The position numbers were made by a program, and so were the translations under genes. This document shows positions 16,294 through 24,865 of a DNA stretch of 25,251 nucleotides, piece by piece. The DNA is from a virus: IMG/VR virus record IMGVR_UViG_3300035698_028775. One strand, given 5' to 3'. The notes below the pieces were generated by a model. It saw only the letters and a program-made list of their open reading frames with translations. It had not been told where the DNA came from and did not search any database. Position 1 is the first letter of the stretch. Every line of letters begins with the position of its first letter.

Positions 16294-16504
16294 TTCTCGA
16301 CATTATCGCACCATCCATAGTCATAGTTTTGGCCTCAGCATTGTGAATGTCTGCATCTATAACTTTTTCCTCCGTCCCAAAATCTTCAATACCAAACATA
16401 ATATAAGCAAATATGCTAACAAAAACTATTCCAATAGTTATCAATACAACCGCTAAAATGTGAATCTTAAAATCCCATATACGCTTAATTGACTCTATCT
16501 TCAT
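16250..16504 (-). CDS. small membrane protein (1 TM)
   Basis: AGGAGATGCATAA-ATG SD; hydrophobic helix ILAVVLITIGIVFVSIFAYIMF. Confidence 0.4.
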   Translation of the reverse strand: MKIESIKRIWDFKIHILAVVLITIGIVFVSIFAYIMFGIEDFGTEEKVIDADIHNAEAKTMTMDGAIMSRIGFTSCTIVQRKMD

Positions 16505-16752
16505 TTATGCATCTCCTGTTTATTATTCCGCTCTTTCCATATTTCGCAAAGCAAACATCGCCCCTTATAATGACTACCACATTCCTTACAAAATGTACCT
16601 AAGTGTTTTCTTAAATAATCAAGCATAGCAGACCTGCTATTAAAATTCTCTTCTATTCCGAACCGTCTCATTATATTTTCCAAAGCAAAAAAGCCCATAT
16701 CATTAGCGTCCACCGTCACCAATAACGGAGACGGCCTTTTCTTATCACACAT
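16501..16752 (-). CDS. hypothetical protein (start refined to MCDKKRP)
   Basis: GGGGGTATTAGAA-ATG SD. Confidence 0.4.
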   Translation of the reverse strand: MCDKKRPSPLLVTVDANDMGFFALENIMRRFGIEENFNSRSAMLDYLRKHLGTFCKECGSHYKGRCLLCEIWKERNNKQEMHK

Positions 16753-16754
16753 TT

Positions 16755-17009
16755 CTAATACCCCCATCTTAAAAAAAAAGGACAGTCTTCACAATTCAAA
16801 TCGCCAACATCTCGGCTGATGCAACCATCGGCTTGTACTTCTGTGTATCCATTCTTTTTGGCACAGTCCACACACTCACCAACAGCCTTTAGCATAAAAA
16901 AACCACAGACGCAAGTCGCAACAATTGCAACTAATCCCCAAGATACGACCCAAAAAAGTGATATTACATCCGCAAATGAAAGCATCATTGCAAAGAACAA
17001 TACTAACAC
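16755..17009 (-). CDS. small Cys-rich membrane protein (start codon uncertain, GTG in track)
   Basis: TM helix followed by CVDC...C...CEDC. Confidence 0.35.
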   Translation of the reverse strand: MLVLFFAMMLSFADVISLFWVVSWGLVAIVATCVCGFFMLKAVGECVDCAKKNGYTEVQADGCISRDVGDLNCEDCPFFLRWGY

Positions 17010-17066
17010 TACTCCAAAAATAATTAGTATACTGCCAAGTTCATATTTGAATATGATTTCACCACC

Positions 17067-17417
17067 TTATATACTCCTCAACTGCTCTCCCATATTCTGC
17101 AATTCTTTCTCCTGTTCTATATTATTGCCGATATACACCAAGCTCTTCATGCGCTTTTTGTACTCTGATAAACGTCTTTCCTGCTCATCAGTAAACTTAT
17201 GAGCCAGAATATCTTTTGCCGCATCGACGGCTTCTTTAATGGTTTCATAGACATCCCACGTTTTCTTGAAATCTATGATGAGTCTCGTACCGCTTTTATT
17301 CCTATTCCTATGCTGTTTAGCATCAATAGGAACAAGATAGCCTCCGTCTATTTTTACGGCTCTCTGCCTCTTAATATCGAAATCTTCAGTTATCATCCAT
17401 ATGTCTATCAATTTCAT
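17067..17417 (-). CDS. hypothetical protein
   Basis: GAGGTGAATTAA-ATG SD. Confidence 0.45.
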   Translation of the reverse strand: MKLIDIWMITEDFDIKRQRAVKIDGGYLVPIDAKQHRNRNKSGTRLIIDFKKTWDVYETIKEAVDAAKDILAHKFTDEQERRLSEYKKRMKSLVYIGNNIEQEKELQNMGEQLRSI

Positions 17418-18173
17418 TTAATTCACCTCATCTCTCATACCAACAACATGATTAATTGCATCGCAAATACGCCAACCGCTTCCTATTCGACTTACTATCG
17501 CCTTCTTTTCCTCAACATCTTCCCATTCCTCGTTATCATCCCAAGCCTCTGCTCTCTTTTTGATATCATTATAAACCCCCATTCTTTCGATTAACTCATT
17601 CCTATATGCATCAGTTCTATATGCGCCACCACTCTGCCGTGACGCACGTAATTTGATAGGGAAAATTCTTGTTTCATAATTATGCCATAATGGAACTATA
17701 GATATATTTATATTAACACTGCTAAAAGTTAAGCAGTCTTTTTTATAAAACGTATAATACACAATGCCATTATCATAATGTAATCTAAATGTAATTGGAT
17801 TCAAAGACTCATCAATATGCAATCTTGGATTTGTCCACACATCAAGTGCATCCCCAAGACATAATAATCTTAATCCATAATCCTTACTTATAAAATTTAA
17901 CCTCATATCAACATCATATACATCCTTTCTCTGTTCATATTCACCATCACCAAACCATGATAATGACAAAATACTCATAAATTTTTCCCTTATATCTTCC
18001 ATTGCATCTAATCGCACTCCCACCGAAAAATATTCCTCAATAATTCTTCCCTCACGCAAAGCCCACTCCTTACTTTTATCATGTCCAGGTTCACCTGTGC
18101 AATCAGCAATAAAAGTGGATTTATTCAGACAATCGTATACCACTTCATAAAATGATGACAAATCCATTGGCAT
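17418..18173 (-). CDS. hypothetical protein (start refined to MPMDLSSF)
   Basis: GGAGGAGGAGTGAA-ATG SD. Confidence 0.5.
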   Translation of the reverse strand: MPMDLSSFYEVVYDCLNKSTFIADCTGEPGHDKSKEWALREGRIIEEYFSVGVRLDAMEDIREKFMSILSLSWFGDGEYEQRKDVYDVDMRLNFISKDYGLRLLCLGDALDVWTNPRLHIDESLNPITFRLHYDNGIVYYTFYKKDCLTFSSVNINISIVPLWHNYETRIFPIKLRASRQSGGAYRTDAYRNELIERMGVYNDIKKRAEAWDDNEEWEDVEEKKAIVSRIGSGWRICDAINHVVGMRDEVN

Positions 18174-18202
18174 TTCACTCCTCCTCCATTTTAGCATAAT
18201 AT

Positions 18203-18793
18203 TCAATCTTCATCTAATTTCACATCCTTATGCTGTGGGACCAAATAATATTTTGTACCTTCTGGCATATGGTCTCGATATTCGTGTTTATCGTCAAATA
18301 CAATTTTTATTCCTTCCTCCTCACAGTATAGCCCCTTTATTTTCCACCACTCATCATCTGAACACCACCAACTCATTCTGCCCTGGTCGTCATTCCACGT
18401 CGACCAACTTTCTATGCTATCACTAAATCTAATATAATCAGACATAGAAAATACCTTGTGATAATGTTCACCCCTTATATATCCAAGCCTTTCCAATTCC
18501 GCTTCTATCTCATCAAGAGGCGGACCCGAAATTATATGAATCTCATAGCCCATGTTCATCATGAATCGTAAAATTTCCCTGAAAATATGAGGCGATTCCG
18601 TAAGCACACCATGCAAGTCAAAACCAACCTTACCCATTTCACACGTCTTACAAAAATAAAGACCATTAATCTGTTTCAAATCGTTATGATTGAACTTATT
18701 TTTACAGACAGAGCATCCCAAATTGAAATTTGCATGATAATCATCAATGCCAGTATATTCTATTCCATCAACTAATAGCTTATCCTTACCCAT
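18203..18793 (-). CDS. Zn-ribbon + HAD-like (NT5C/Pnk-phosphatase-like) domain protein with variant motif I (DLHGV instead of DxDGT/V)
   Basis: CKTCEMGKVGFDLHGVLTESP...IISGPP...IVFDDKHEY is collinear with 5'(3')-deoxyribonucleotidase-type HAD; the second Asp of motif I is replaced by His. Confidence 0.4.
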   Translation of the reverse strand: MGKDKLLVDGIEYTGIDDYHANFNLGCSVCKNKFNHNDLKQINGLYFCKTCEMGKVGFDLHGVLTESPHIFREILRFMMNMGYEIHIISGPPLDEIEAELERLGYIRGEHYHKVFSMSDYIRFSDSIESWSTWNDDQGRMSWWCSDDEWWKIKGLYCEEEGIKIVFDDKHEYRDHMPEGTKYYLVPQHKDVKLDED

Positions 18794-19202
18794 TTATATC
18801 ATCACCAAAGCATTCAAAATAAATATTCTTATACAACTCAAAAAATCTATCAAACTTATCCTGAGAACCACTGGTAAGCTCCAAATTAGAGAAATTACTT
18901 ATATTATATCTCAATCCATTAAGACTTTCTTGCCTTATTATACTGTCGTCAGACTTTCTCATCTTTACTATGTGAACAGATAAATCAAGAGCCTTAAATT
19001 GTAAATTAAGCGTAACGTCATCACTCAATCTATCTATCATTATCAACCAGCTTTTTGCACTTTCAAAACCAGCTAATTCTCTGACATTTATAATGTACTC
19101 CTTATTTTTTGTCAGTCCCCGTAACTTAACAAACTCCTCACCCCTTCCACATAATCCCGACATAATCGTATTTTTATGAGCCGGCAAATCTCCATGTCTC
19201 AT
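18786..19202 (-). CDS. hypothetical protein
   Basis: GAGGTGATAGA-ATG SD. Confidence 0.45.
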   Translation of the reverse strand: MRHGDLPAHKNTIMSGLCGRGEEFVKLRGLTKNKEYIINVRELAGFESAKSWLIMIDRLSDDVTLNLQFKALDLSVHIVKMRKSDDSIIRQESLNGLRYNISNFSNLELTSGSQDKFDRFFELYKNIYFECFGDDING

Positions 19203-19585
19203 TCTATCACCTCAATAAACGATTCCAATAATTTGTATTTGGCTCTGATTTTATCCATCTCGTCCTTTTTCATTTTCTTTATCGCAGTCTTCGTTATTTT
19301 TTGACAGTAGACAGCATCACAGGTATTATACCCCCCTGATTTCTTGCCCGTTGCCGTCACTATTCGCTCGATATAAAATAACGGATTATACTCATCTCCT
19401 ATCTGCGCTATTATACCATCCTTTTGCTTTCTCATCCATTCAGCATCATGGTCGCCATAGAAACGCCTTTCTATTCGTACAACTCTATGATATCCTTTCG
19501 GGAAATCAGTGCGGCCAGTTACTATATCCCCGACCTTTATAGTCTTATCGTGGTTGCTATAATCTTTTATTTCGCCTACTAACAT
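19199..19585 (-). CDS. hypothetical protein (start refined)
   Basis: AGGTGATGATA-ATG SD. Confidence 0.45.
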   Translation of the reverse strand: MLVGEIKDYSNHDKTIKVGDIVTGRTDFPKGYHRVVRIERRFYGDHDAEWMRKQKDGIIAQIGDEYNPLFYIERIVTATGKKSGGYNTCDAVYCQKITKTAIKKMKKDEMDKIRAKYKLLESFIEVIE

Positions 19586-19594
19586 TATCATCAC

Positions 19595-20461
19595 CTAAAA
19601 TATTATTGCTCCTTCATAGACCCAATCGTATCTCAAATGTCCATCAGGAAAGAATATTATCTGTCTTATATTATCAGTATCCGTATCCCTCGTTAAACAA
19701 CTCGAAATACAAACATTTTGACCACCCACATCAAAAACAATAGCATCATGAGCCAGTTCCAAAAGCATCTTTCCATTCTCTGTTATGCTTCTACAAGCCT
19801 TCAACATCTCGCCATCATTCAACCTATGCGCTATTGTCCAATCGTGTACATCACTATTTACGTTCTTATCAGGAGCCTCAATGTTTCTAATAGTCAACTG
19901 CTCAACCTTATTCTGTCGGGCAAAATCTATCATCTTGTTTACTTCAACCTCCGAATCAAGATATCCCTTTAACGTCATACAACTCAATCTTACCGAAAAT
20001 CCAAAATCATGTAGTTTGGCTATCAGAAACTTCAAATCAATTTTAGTTCCATAGATTTCCGCATTCTTATCATCGTCATAATTCACAACCGATAAAGCAA
20101 TTGTAGTCAATCCCGATGCATACCAACTTTCCAACTGCTCGTTATATTTCCTATCAACCAATAAAATACCATTGGTCTGTAGCTCTATTATCGCAAATTC
20201 ATCATTTAATATATTAGCGACATATCCTATCCTGTTTGGATACAAAGTAGGCTCACCCTTGCCAGTTATCAAAACAGTGGTAATTCCACATCCTTTGCCA
20301 AATCTACACGCCTTTTTTAGATTCCGTGAAAACTTCATCATCTGAGATGCATTCATTCCACAGCCAACCCCACATTCAGGTGTCATTTTACTAACACAGA
20401 AATTACAACTCGCATTACATGCCTTATCTCCAACCAGTACACTCATCGTTTGTATTTTCAT
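19595..20461 (-). CDS. radical SAM enzyme
   Basis: CNASCNFC CxxxCxxC cluster near the N-terminus plus a GGE-like ITGKGEPTLYP motif. Confidence 0.7.
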   Translation of the reverse strand: MKIQTMSVLVGDKACNASCNFCVSKMTPECGVGCGMNASQMMKFSRNLKKACRFGKGCGITTVLITGKGEPTLYPNRIGYVANILNDEFAIIELQTNGILLVDRKYNEQLESWYASGLTTIALSVVNYDDDKNAEIYGTKIDLKFLIAKLHDFGFSVRLSCMTLKGYLDSEVEVNKMIDFARQNKVEQLTIRNIEAPDKNVNSDVHDWTIAHRLNDGEMLKACRSITENGKMLLELAHDAIVFDVGGQNVCISSCLTRDTDTDNIRQIIFFPDGHLRYDWVYEGAIIF

Positions 20462-21120
20462 TTTATCACTCCTTTTTTATATAAAATTCCATCTCCCCAA
20501 AAATCCCTATCGTCCCTTCGCTTCATTCGAATTCCCCATACACCCTCACCAACCTTATACTGTTCAACAAAGTATTCTTTATCCGAAAAATCACTCCTCC
20601 TTTTGAAAACGTCAGCCAATTTATAAAAATCCCCATCCATTTTTAATATTTCAGAATCGTTATTTGCCATATTTTCGTAATCTTTGTCTTGAAGATTTTC
20701 CATCTCGTGTAATTTAATCAAAAGTAAAGAAGCTTGCTCCACTTTCATCAAATGTAACAATTCTTTATTATCAACCATAACGCACTTTTCCCAGTCCGGC
20801 CAACTTTTCATTTCCTCCGTTTCCTTGCTGGATTCAATCTGCATTATTATCATAAATATAATAACCATAACCAAAGATATACCAGCAATCACAACCAAGA
20901 TAATTCCCCAAAATATCCCATCATCACTTCTGACTTCTTCCACAACAGTTACATTCCCATTTTCACCAGGGATAACCTCTATAATCCTGTCCACATCCTT
21001 AATAGTATCATTGGTCACATATCTTTTTTCAGCAGGCCACGCATCAAAACACCCAATTGCGGAAATAGCACTAATAAAAAGTATCCCCAATAAAACAAAT
21101 ACTATTTTTTCATATTTCAT
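20458..21120 (-). CDS. membrane protein (signal anchor plus second TM)
   Basis: GGGGGAAAATAA-ATG SD; two hydrophobic segments. Confidence 0.5.
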   Translation of the reverse strand: MKYEKIVFVLLGILFISAISAIGCFDAWPAEKRYVTNDTIKDVDRIIEVIPGENGNVTVVEEVRSDDGIFWGIILVVIAGISLVMVIIFMIIMQIESSKETEEMKSWPDWEKCVMVDNKELLHLMKVEQASLLLIKLHEMENLQDKDYENMANNDSEILKMDGDFYKLADVFKRRSDFSDKEYFVEQYKVGEGVWGIRMKRRDDRDFWGDGILYKKGVIK

Positions 21121-21494
21121 TTATTTTCCCCCGACATTCTTTTAACAGTGATACATGGCAAACTGGTCTGCTTTATTCTATAAGCATCGTAAAAAAATCC
21201 GTCATCTCTTATCGCAAACCTGTACTCATCAATAATTCTCTCCTTCCATTTTTCCGCTCCCCTCTGAGTCATAGGAGCATTGTTCATCCAATTATTATGT
21301 TCATCATCCCATACTCCATAATCATGATTAAGCCATTCATCCAAACAATCAGCATTGCAAAACTCAGATATTCTCATCTTTGTCATGTATTTTATCATTC
21401 CGAAAGTGACAAAACTACTCCCTAACTTTTTCTTACAATGACGACAATGTATACCATCACTTCCCTTGTTCAGTTCTTCGCCTTTTTTAGACAT
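21117..21494 (-). CDS. hypothetical zinc-finger protein
   Basis: CRHCKK...C...C; preceded by motif copy 3. Confidence 0.5.
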   Translation of the reverse strand: MSKKGEELNKGSDGIHCRHCKKKLGSSFVTFGMIKYMTKMRISEFCNADCLDEWLNHDYGVWDDEHNNWMNNAPMTQRGAEKWKERIIDEYRFAIRDDGFFYDAYRIKQTSLPCITVKRMSGENK

Positions 21495-21513
21495 TTTAAT
21501 CCACCTTTATAAT

Positions 21514-21542
21514 ACCTATATATCATTGGGTATATTTAACAC
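21514..21542 (-). promoter_or_regulatory. conserved inverted-repeat motif (copy 3)
   Basis: + strand ACCTATATATCATTGGGTATATTTAACAC; mRNA sense ...CCCAATGATATATAGGTATTATAAAGGTGGATTAAA-ATG. Confidence 0.5.
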
Positions 21543-21589
21543 TTTTTCCTTTTTCTCCCTCTTTCTTGGTCTTAATTTGGGTCATTAGA

Positions 21590-22645
21590 TTATACATCGT
21601 CAATTGTATTTATTGGGTCATGCGAAGATTTCTTTGTTAGTATCCATCCTTCGCCGAATAGTCGTTCAAATTCACTCATTAAACAGTCAAATGCCTCTTT
21701 TTTATATTCAAATTGGTGCGTTGGTTTTCCTTTCTTGCACATTAAATTCTTTCCAGTGCCGTCACGTGAATACATTGAAAAAGAATAAATATCTTTTTTT
21801 GCCCGTTGTTCAACCTCTAATGATATATATTCCGTATGTTTTGGCTGTCCACTCGGACTATGACCACTTTCATCAACCCATTCGTCTTTTTCAGGGTCAT
21901 AAACCTCATGCCCAAGTCTTGATATCTCAAGGTAGCCATAGTAATGAACCGCACCAATAGATGAACCTGCCCAAGAATCAACTCTTCCTGAAACTTGTCT
22001 GGGATTGTCTGGATATTTTGTTCTTCCTTTAGATGGCTCGTTATTCCATTCCCGATACTTAACTACAAATTCTTCTCCCGCTCCGAAATCTACAGGAATC
22101 TTTTCAGTAATATCCATTGACTTCTTCCAATCCAACTGCTCAGCCAGTGTTTGTTTTCTTATGTGAAAAACATATTCATCATCGTTACCGATTCCTTTTA
22201 TCGCTCTCTCACAGTTCAAAGCAACATCAAACTCACCTTTTTCTAACCAATCGAATATCGGTGATGTATCAATATGCCAATGTTTTTCCAATCCCACATA
22301 TAACACCTCACAGCCACACATTATTGCTCGTTTGATGGCTTGGTGTATATACTCACCCCTGTTTGGACGACACATGAAAACAATAGAGCCTTCAGGATAA
22401 TCAAATGTAGTACAATCTTTGTATATTATTGGCGGTCCTATTGGATATAACGGAATATCTTGCCCCTCCTCTAATTCTACACCAACCACATCATATCCTT
22501 TTTCAAATAGTGCTTCCACAAAGTTGCCATTACCACAACCAGCATCAAATATTGGTTTCTTTTCATCGTTAAATTTTTCAAACCATTCCCAAAACTTCTC
22601 ATTCGGTTCAAAAAATGTCGGTTTCACATATCCATTATCTGTCAT
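21590..22645 (-). CDS. class I SAM-dependent methyltransferase with C-terminal domain of unknown function (start refined to MTDNGYVKP)
   Basis: Motif I IFDAGCGNGNFVEALFEKGYDVVGVE; no (D/N)PP(Y/F) motif, so not an obvious DNA amino-MTase; the track ORF's extra N-terminus is translated promoter motif plus SD. Confidence 0.65.
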   Translation of the reverse strand: MTDNGYVKPTFFEPNEKFWEWFEKFNDEKKPIFDAGCGNGNFVEALFEKGYDVVGVELEEGQDIPLYPIGPPIIYKDCTTFDYPEGSIVFMCRPNRGEYIHQAIKRAIMCGCEVLYVGLEKHWHIDTSPIFDWLEKGEFDVALNCERAIKGIGNDDEYVFHIRKQTLAEQLDWKKSMDITEKIPVDFGAGEEFVVKYREWNNEPSKGRTKYPDNPRQVSGRVDSWAGSSIGAVHYYGYLEISRLGHEVYDPEKDEWVDESGHSPSGQPKHTEYISLEVEQRAKKDIYSFSMYSRDGTGKNLMCKKGKPTHQFEYKKEAFDCLMSEFERLFGEGWILTKKSSHDPINTIDDV

Positions 22646-22663
22646 TATATCACCTTTACAATA

Positions 22664-22690
22664 CCTATATATTGTTGGGAGTATATATAG
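22664..22690 (-). promoter_or_regulatory. conserved inverted-repeat motif (copy 4)
   Basis: + strand ACCTATATATTGTTGGGAGTATATATAG; mRNA sense ...TATATACTCCCAACAATATATAGGTATTGTAAAGGTGATATA-ATG. Confidence 0.55.
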
Positions 22691-22901
22691 TTTTTCTAAT
22701 AATCGGGTTTTTCCTCGTTTTATCCATTGCATTATATTTGTCGGTTCCATGTTATCATATCCTATACCTTTTTACCGAATGTACTCTCCTGAGCCACCGA
22801 AAAATCAAATCGCCTTTGTGCATATTGACATCTCGAATGTATTCCCAAATGTATTGCTCTCCTGAACCACGGAAAAATAAATTTTCCACACCATTTACAT
22901 T

Positions 22902-23537
22902 TTAACAATTTATCTCCTTCTTCACTTTATAATTTTCAGCCTCCCAAGCCGTATCCCACTCCCTCTCCGCCATGTGAATTACAAAATGCTTATCAGTAGC
23001 AGTTTGCATATACTCCTTGGTAATCTTCTCTATCTTTACAATACCATGCAGCGTAGATGGATATCCGTCCCTCGCCACCAAATCACCCAACTTGTAAGTA
23101 TCAAACTTTACATTACCAGTGCCGTCATAAATATATGCTGTTGTTGGCTGTCCGTCAACTTCCCTGCCAACACAATATGTAAAACCATCACCCTCCTTCG
23201 CACTGACGATTTTCAGAGGAGCAGGCATCTCCACCACATCCTCCATCACCTTCACCTCTTCCTCAATAAAAACAACTATCAAATCTTCAGGATTAATGCC
23301 GCCAAGTAGAGGTCTATCCACATCCGAATAATTATTCCAGCTATTTCCAGTACGCTGTAACGTACTCATAACCGATAAAATAGATTTTGCCTTATAAATA
23401 ACAGGATTATCAGGATAATCCTCCAAACTGTATTCTTCCTCATCATCGTAGTGCTCTAACTCAACTCGAAGCAGATTCCCCGACTTTTTCGACTTCAAAG
23501 CAAAATACCTCTCAGTACGACTCGTTTCTTTTACCAT
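22902..23537 (-). CDS. hypothetical protein
   Basis: Preceded by motif copy 5. Confidence 0.5.
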   Translation of the reverse strand: MVKETSRTERYFALKSKKSGNLLRVELEHYDDEEEYSLEDYPDNPVIYKAKSILSVMSTLQRTGNSWNNYSDVDRPLLGGINPEDLIVVFIEEEVKVMEDVVEMPAPLKIVSAKEGDGFTYCVGREVDGQPTTAYIYDGTGNVKFDTYKLGDLVARDGYPSTLHGIVKIEKITKEYMQTATDKHFVIHMAEREWDTAWEAENYKVKKEINC

Positions 23538-23541
23538 GTTC

Positions 23542-23568
23542 CCTATATACTATTGGGAGTATATAAAG
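23542..23568 (-). promoter_or_regulatory. conserved inverted-repeat motif (copy 5)
   Basis: + strand CCTATATACTATTGGGAGTATATAAAG; mRNA sense TTTATATACTCCCAATAGTATATAGGGAAC-ATG. Confidence 0.55.
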
Positions 23569-23596
23569 TTTTCTAATAAAATAGACTATTCAAAAT

Positions 23597-23860
23597 TTAC
23601 ATCTTAAACGAATCTGTCCTTTTGGGTATCTGACAAATATCCATAAAAACAAGCTTCGTTTTGCCACCGTGACCATGTACGAATTCCGCATCTTCTATAT
23701 TATCATACACTATAACCGATGGAGTAGTCCGGCCTTTGGCACTTCCAGGCAAAAATGAAATCGAAACCTTGCCACTTTCAAAAAGTACACCCTCGGCCAC
23801 TATTCCAGTTCCACTAACACCACTCTCATCATCTTTCCTATCCAACACAAAAGTTTTCAT
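23597..23860 (-). CDS. hypothetical small protein
   Basis: GGTGAAAAA-ATG SD. Confidence 0.4.
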   Translation of the reverse strand: MKTFVLDRKDDESGVSGTGIVAEGVLFESGKVSISFLPGSAKGRTTPSVIVYDNIEDAEFVHGHGGKTKLVFMDICQIPKRTDSFKM

Positions 23861-24255
23861 TTTTTCACCTTAATTAATCCAGCATTCAGACTCAAATTGA
23901 AATTTTTATCACCATTGTCAATTACAGCACATATCGTTTCCGCACCACTATCATCCACTATTAGAAAATTTTCATTGCATTTTAATTTAATCATTTTACT
24001 CTCATTAATGTATTTATTTATATTAATGATATGATTTTTCCCAAAACATCTGACCTTTACATCAAAACCAACGTCACTTACAACTCCAGCCAAATCATCA
24101 GTACTAATCCAATTATCGCCCCACTCTCCACCTTTCTTTATCTGAAATTCGCCCACTCTTGCTCTCATTATATAAGTCACGCCATCTTTGACCATAGTCA
24201 TTTCTGTTCCTGTTATCAATTCCGTTGCAACACATTCATTACACATTGTTTTCAC
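23857..24255 (-). CDS. hypothetical protein
   Basis: GGTGAAAACA-ATG SD; ATGA overlap with the next gene. Confidence 0.45.
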   Translation of the reverse strand: MKTMCNECVATELITGTEMTMVKDGVTYIMRARVGEFQIKKGGEWGDNWISTDDLAGVVSDVGFDVKVRCFGKNHIININKYINESKMIKLKCNENFLIVDDSGAETICAVIDNGDKNFNLSLNAGLIKVKK

Positions 24256-24358
24256 CTTTTATAATCTTGCCACACCAATCTTCTGAGCAAATATGCCCAC
24301 TGTGAATATTATAATGCTGACAACACGCACCACAATATTCAATATATTTTTCTTTCAT

Positions 24359-24580
24359 TCAAGCTTCACCAAACTTATAAATATACCCCTTTTTCCCCAA
24401 TTGCTCAAACAAAACTTCCCCCCTTCTTCGTAACTTCTTCATAGTTACACATACGGCGGCATGCGAAATCCCAAGCATACTCGCTATCTCATTAGACGTA
24501 ATCCACTTATCAGAGTCTTCCTCAAACATCTCCTCAAGCAATTCACATATGGTTTCTAAGCTCATTATCTCAGTATCCAT
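24359..24580 (-). CDS. small winged-helix/HTH DNA-binding protein (MarR-like recognition helix)
   Basis: ITSNEIASMLGISHAAVCVTMKKLRRRGEV. Confidence 0.45.
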   Translation of the reverse strand: MDTEIMSLETICELLEEMFEEDSDKWITSNEIASMLGISHAAVCVTMKKLRRRGEVLFEQLGKKGYIYKFGEA

Positions 24581-24842
24581 AAAGTTCAGGAGGACATTCC
24601 TTTTTGACTATTTCCTTGAATTTATTCAGTCTTTCAAAAAATGCTTCTATTTCCACCTGCTTTCGTTTGTAAATATCTTCCAATTCCTTTAATGTTGAAG
24701 CCGATTGACCGCTTGATTTGCCCACAAATCCTATTACTGCCTTTTCCCAACCAGCTTCCACACTTAATTTACAATCCTTATCCGTATATAATCTTTTTAA
24801 TTCTTCTACAACTGTCAACATATTAAACACCTCATATTCCAT
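24570..24842 (-). CDS. hypothetical protein
   Basis: ORF with GGTG SD. Confidence 0.4.
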   Translation of the reverse strand: MEYEVFNMLTVVEELKRLYTDKDCKLSVEAGWEKAVIGFVGKSSGQSASTLKELEDIYKRKQVEIEAFFERLNKFKEIVKKECPPELYGY

Positions 24843-24865
24843 TCAGTTACACCGTTCCCTGAAAC

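Noticed and set aside
14449-22655. Recurrent TTATATCACC / TTTATATCACC strings at about 14452, 15242, 18792, 22650, 6352 and 14778
   Set aside because: They are not a repeat element. They are the reverse complement of GGTGATATAA(ATG), that is the Shine-Dalgarno plus spacer plus start codon of successive - strand genes.
21590-22750. The longer 386-aa methyltransferase ORF from the track
   Set aside because: The extra 35 N-terminal codons are a translation of the conserved promoter motif and SD (YILPTIYRY = TATATACTCCCAACAATATATAGGTAT). The real start is the ATG at 22645.
22419-22905. + strand ORFs of 148 and 96 aa
   Set aside because: They are antisense to the methyltransferase gene and its leader and are Ser/Pro/Phe-rich in the way of antisense artefacts.
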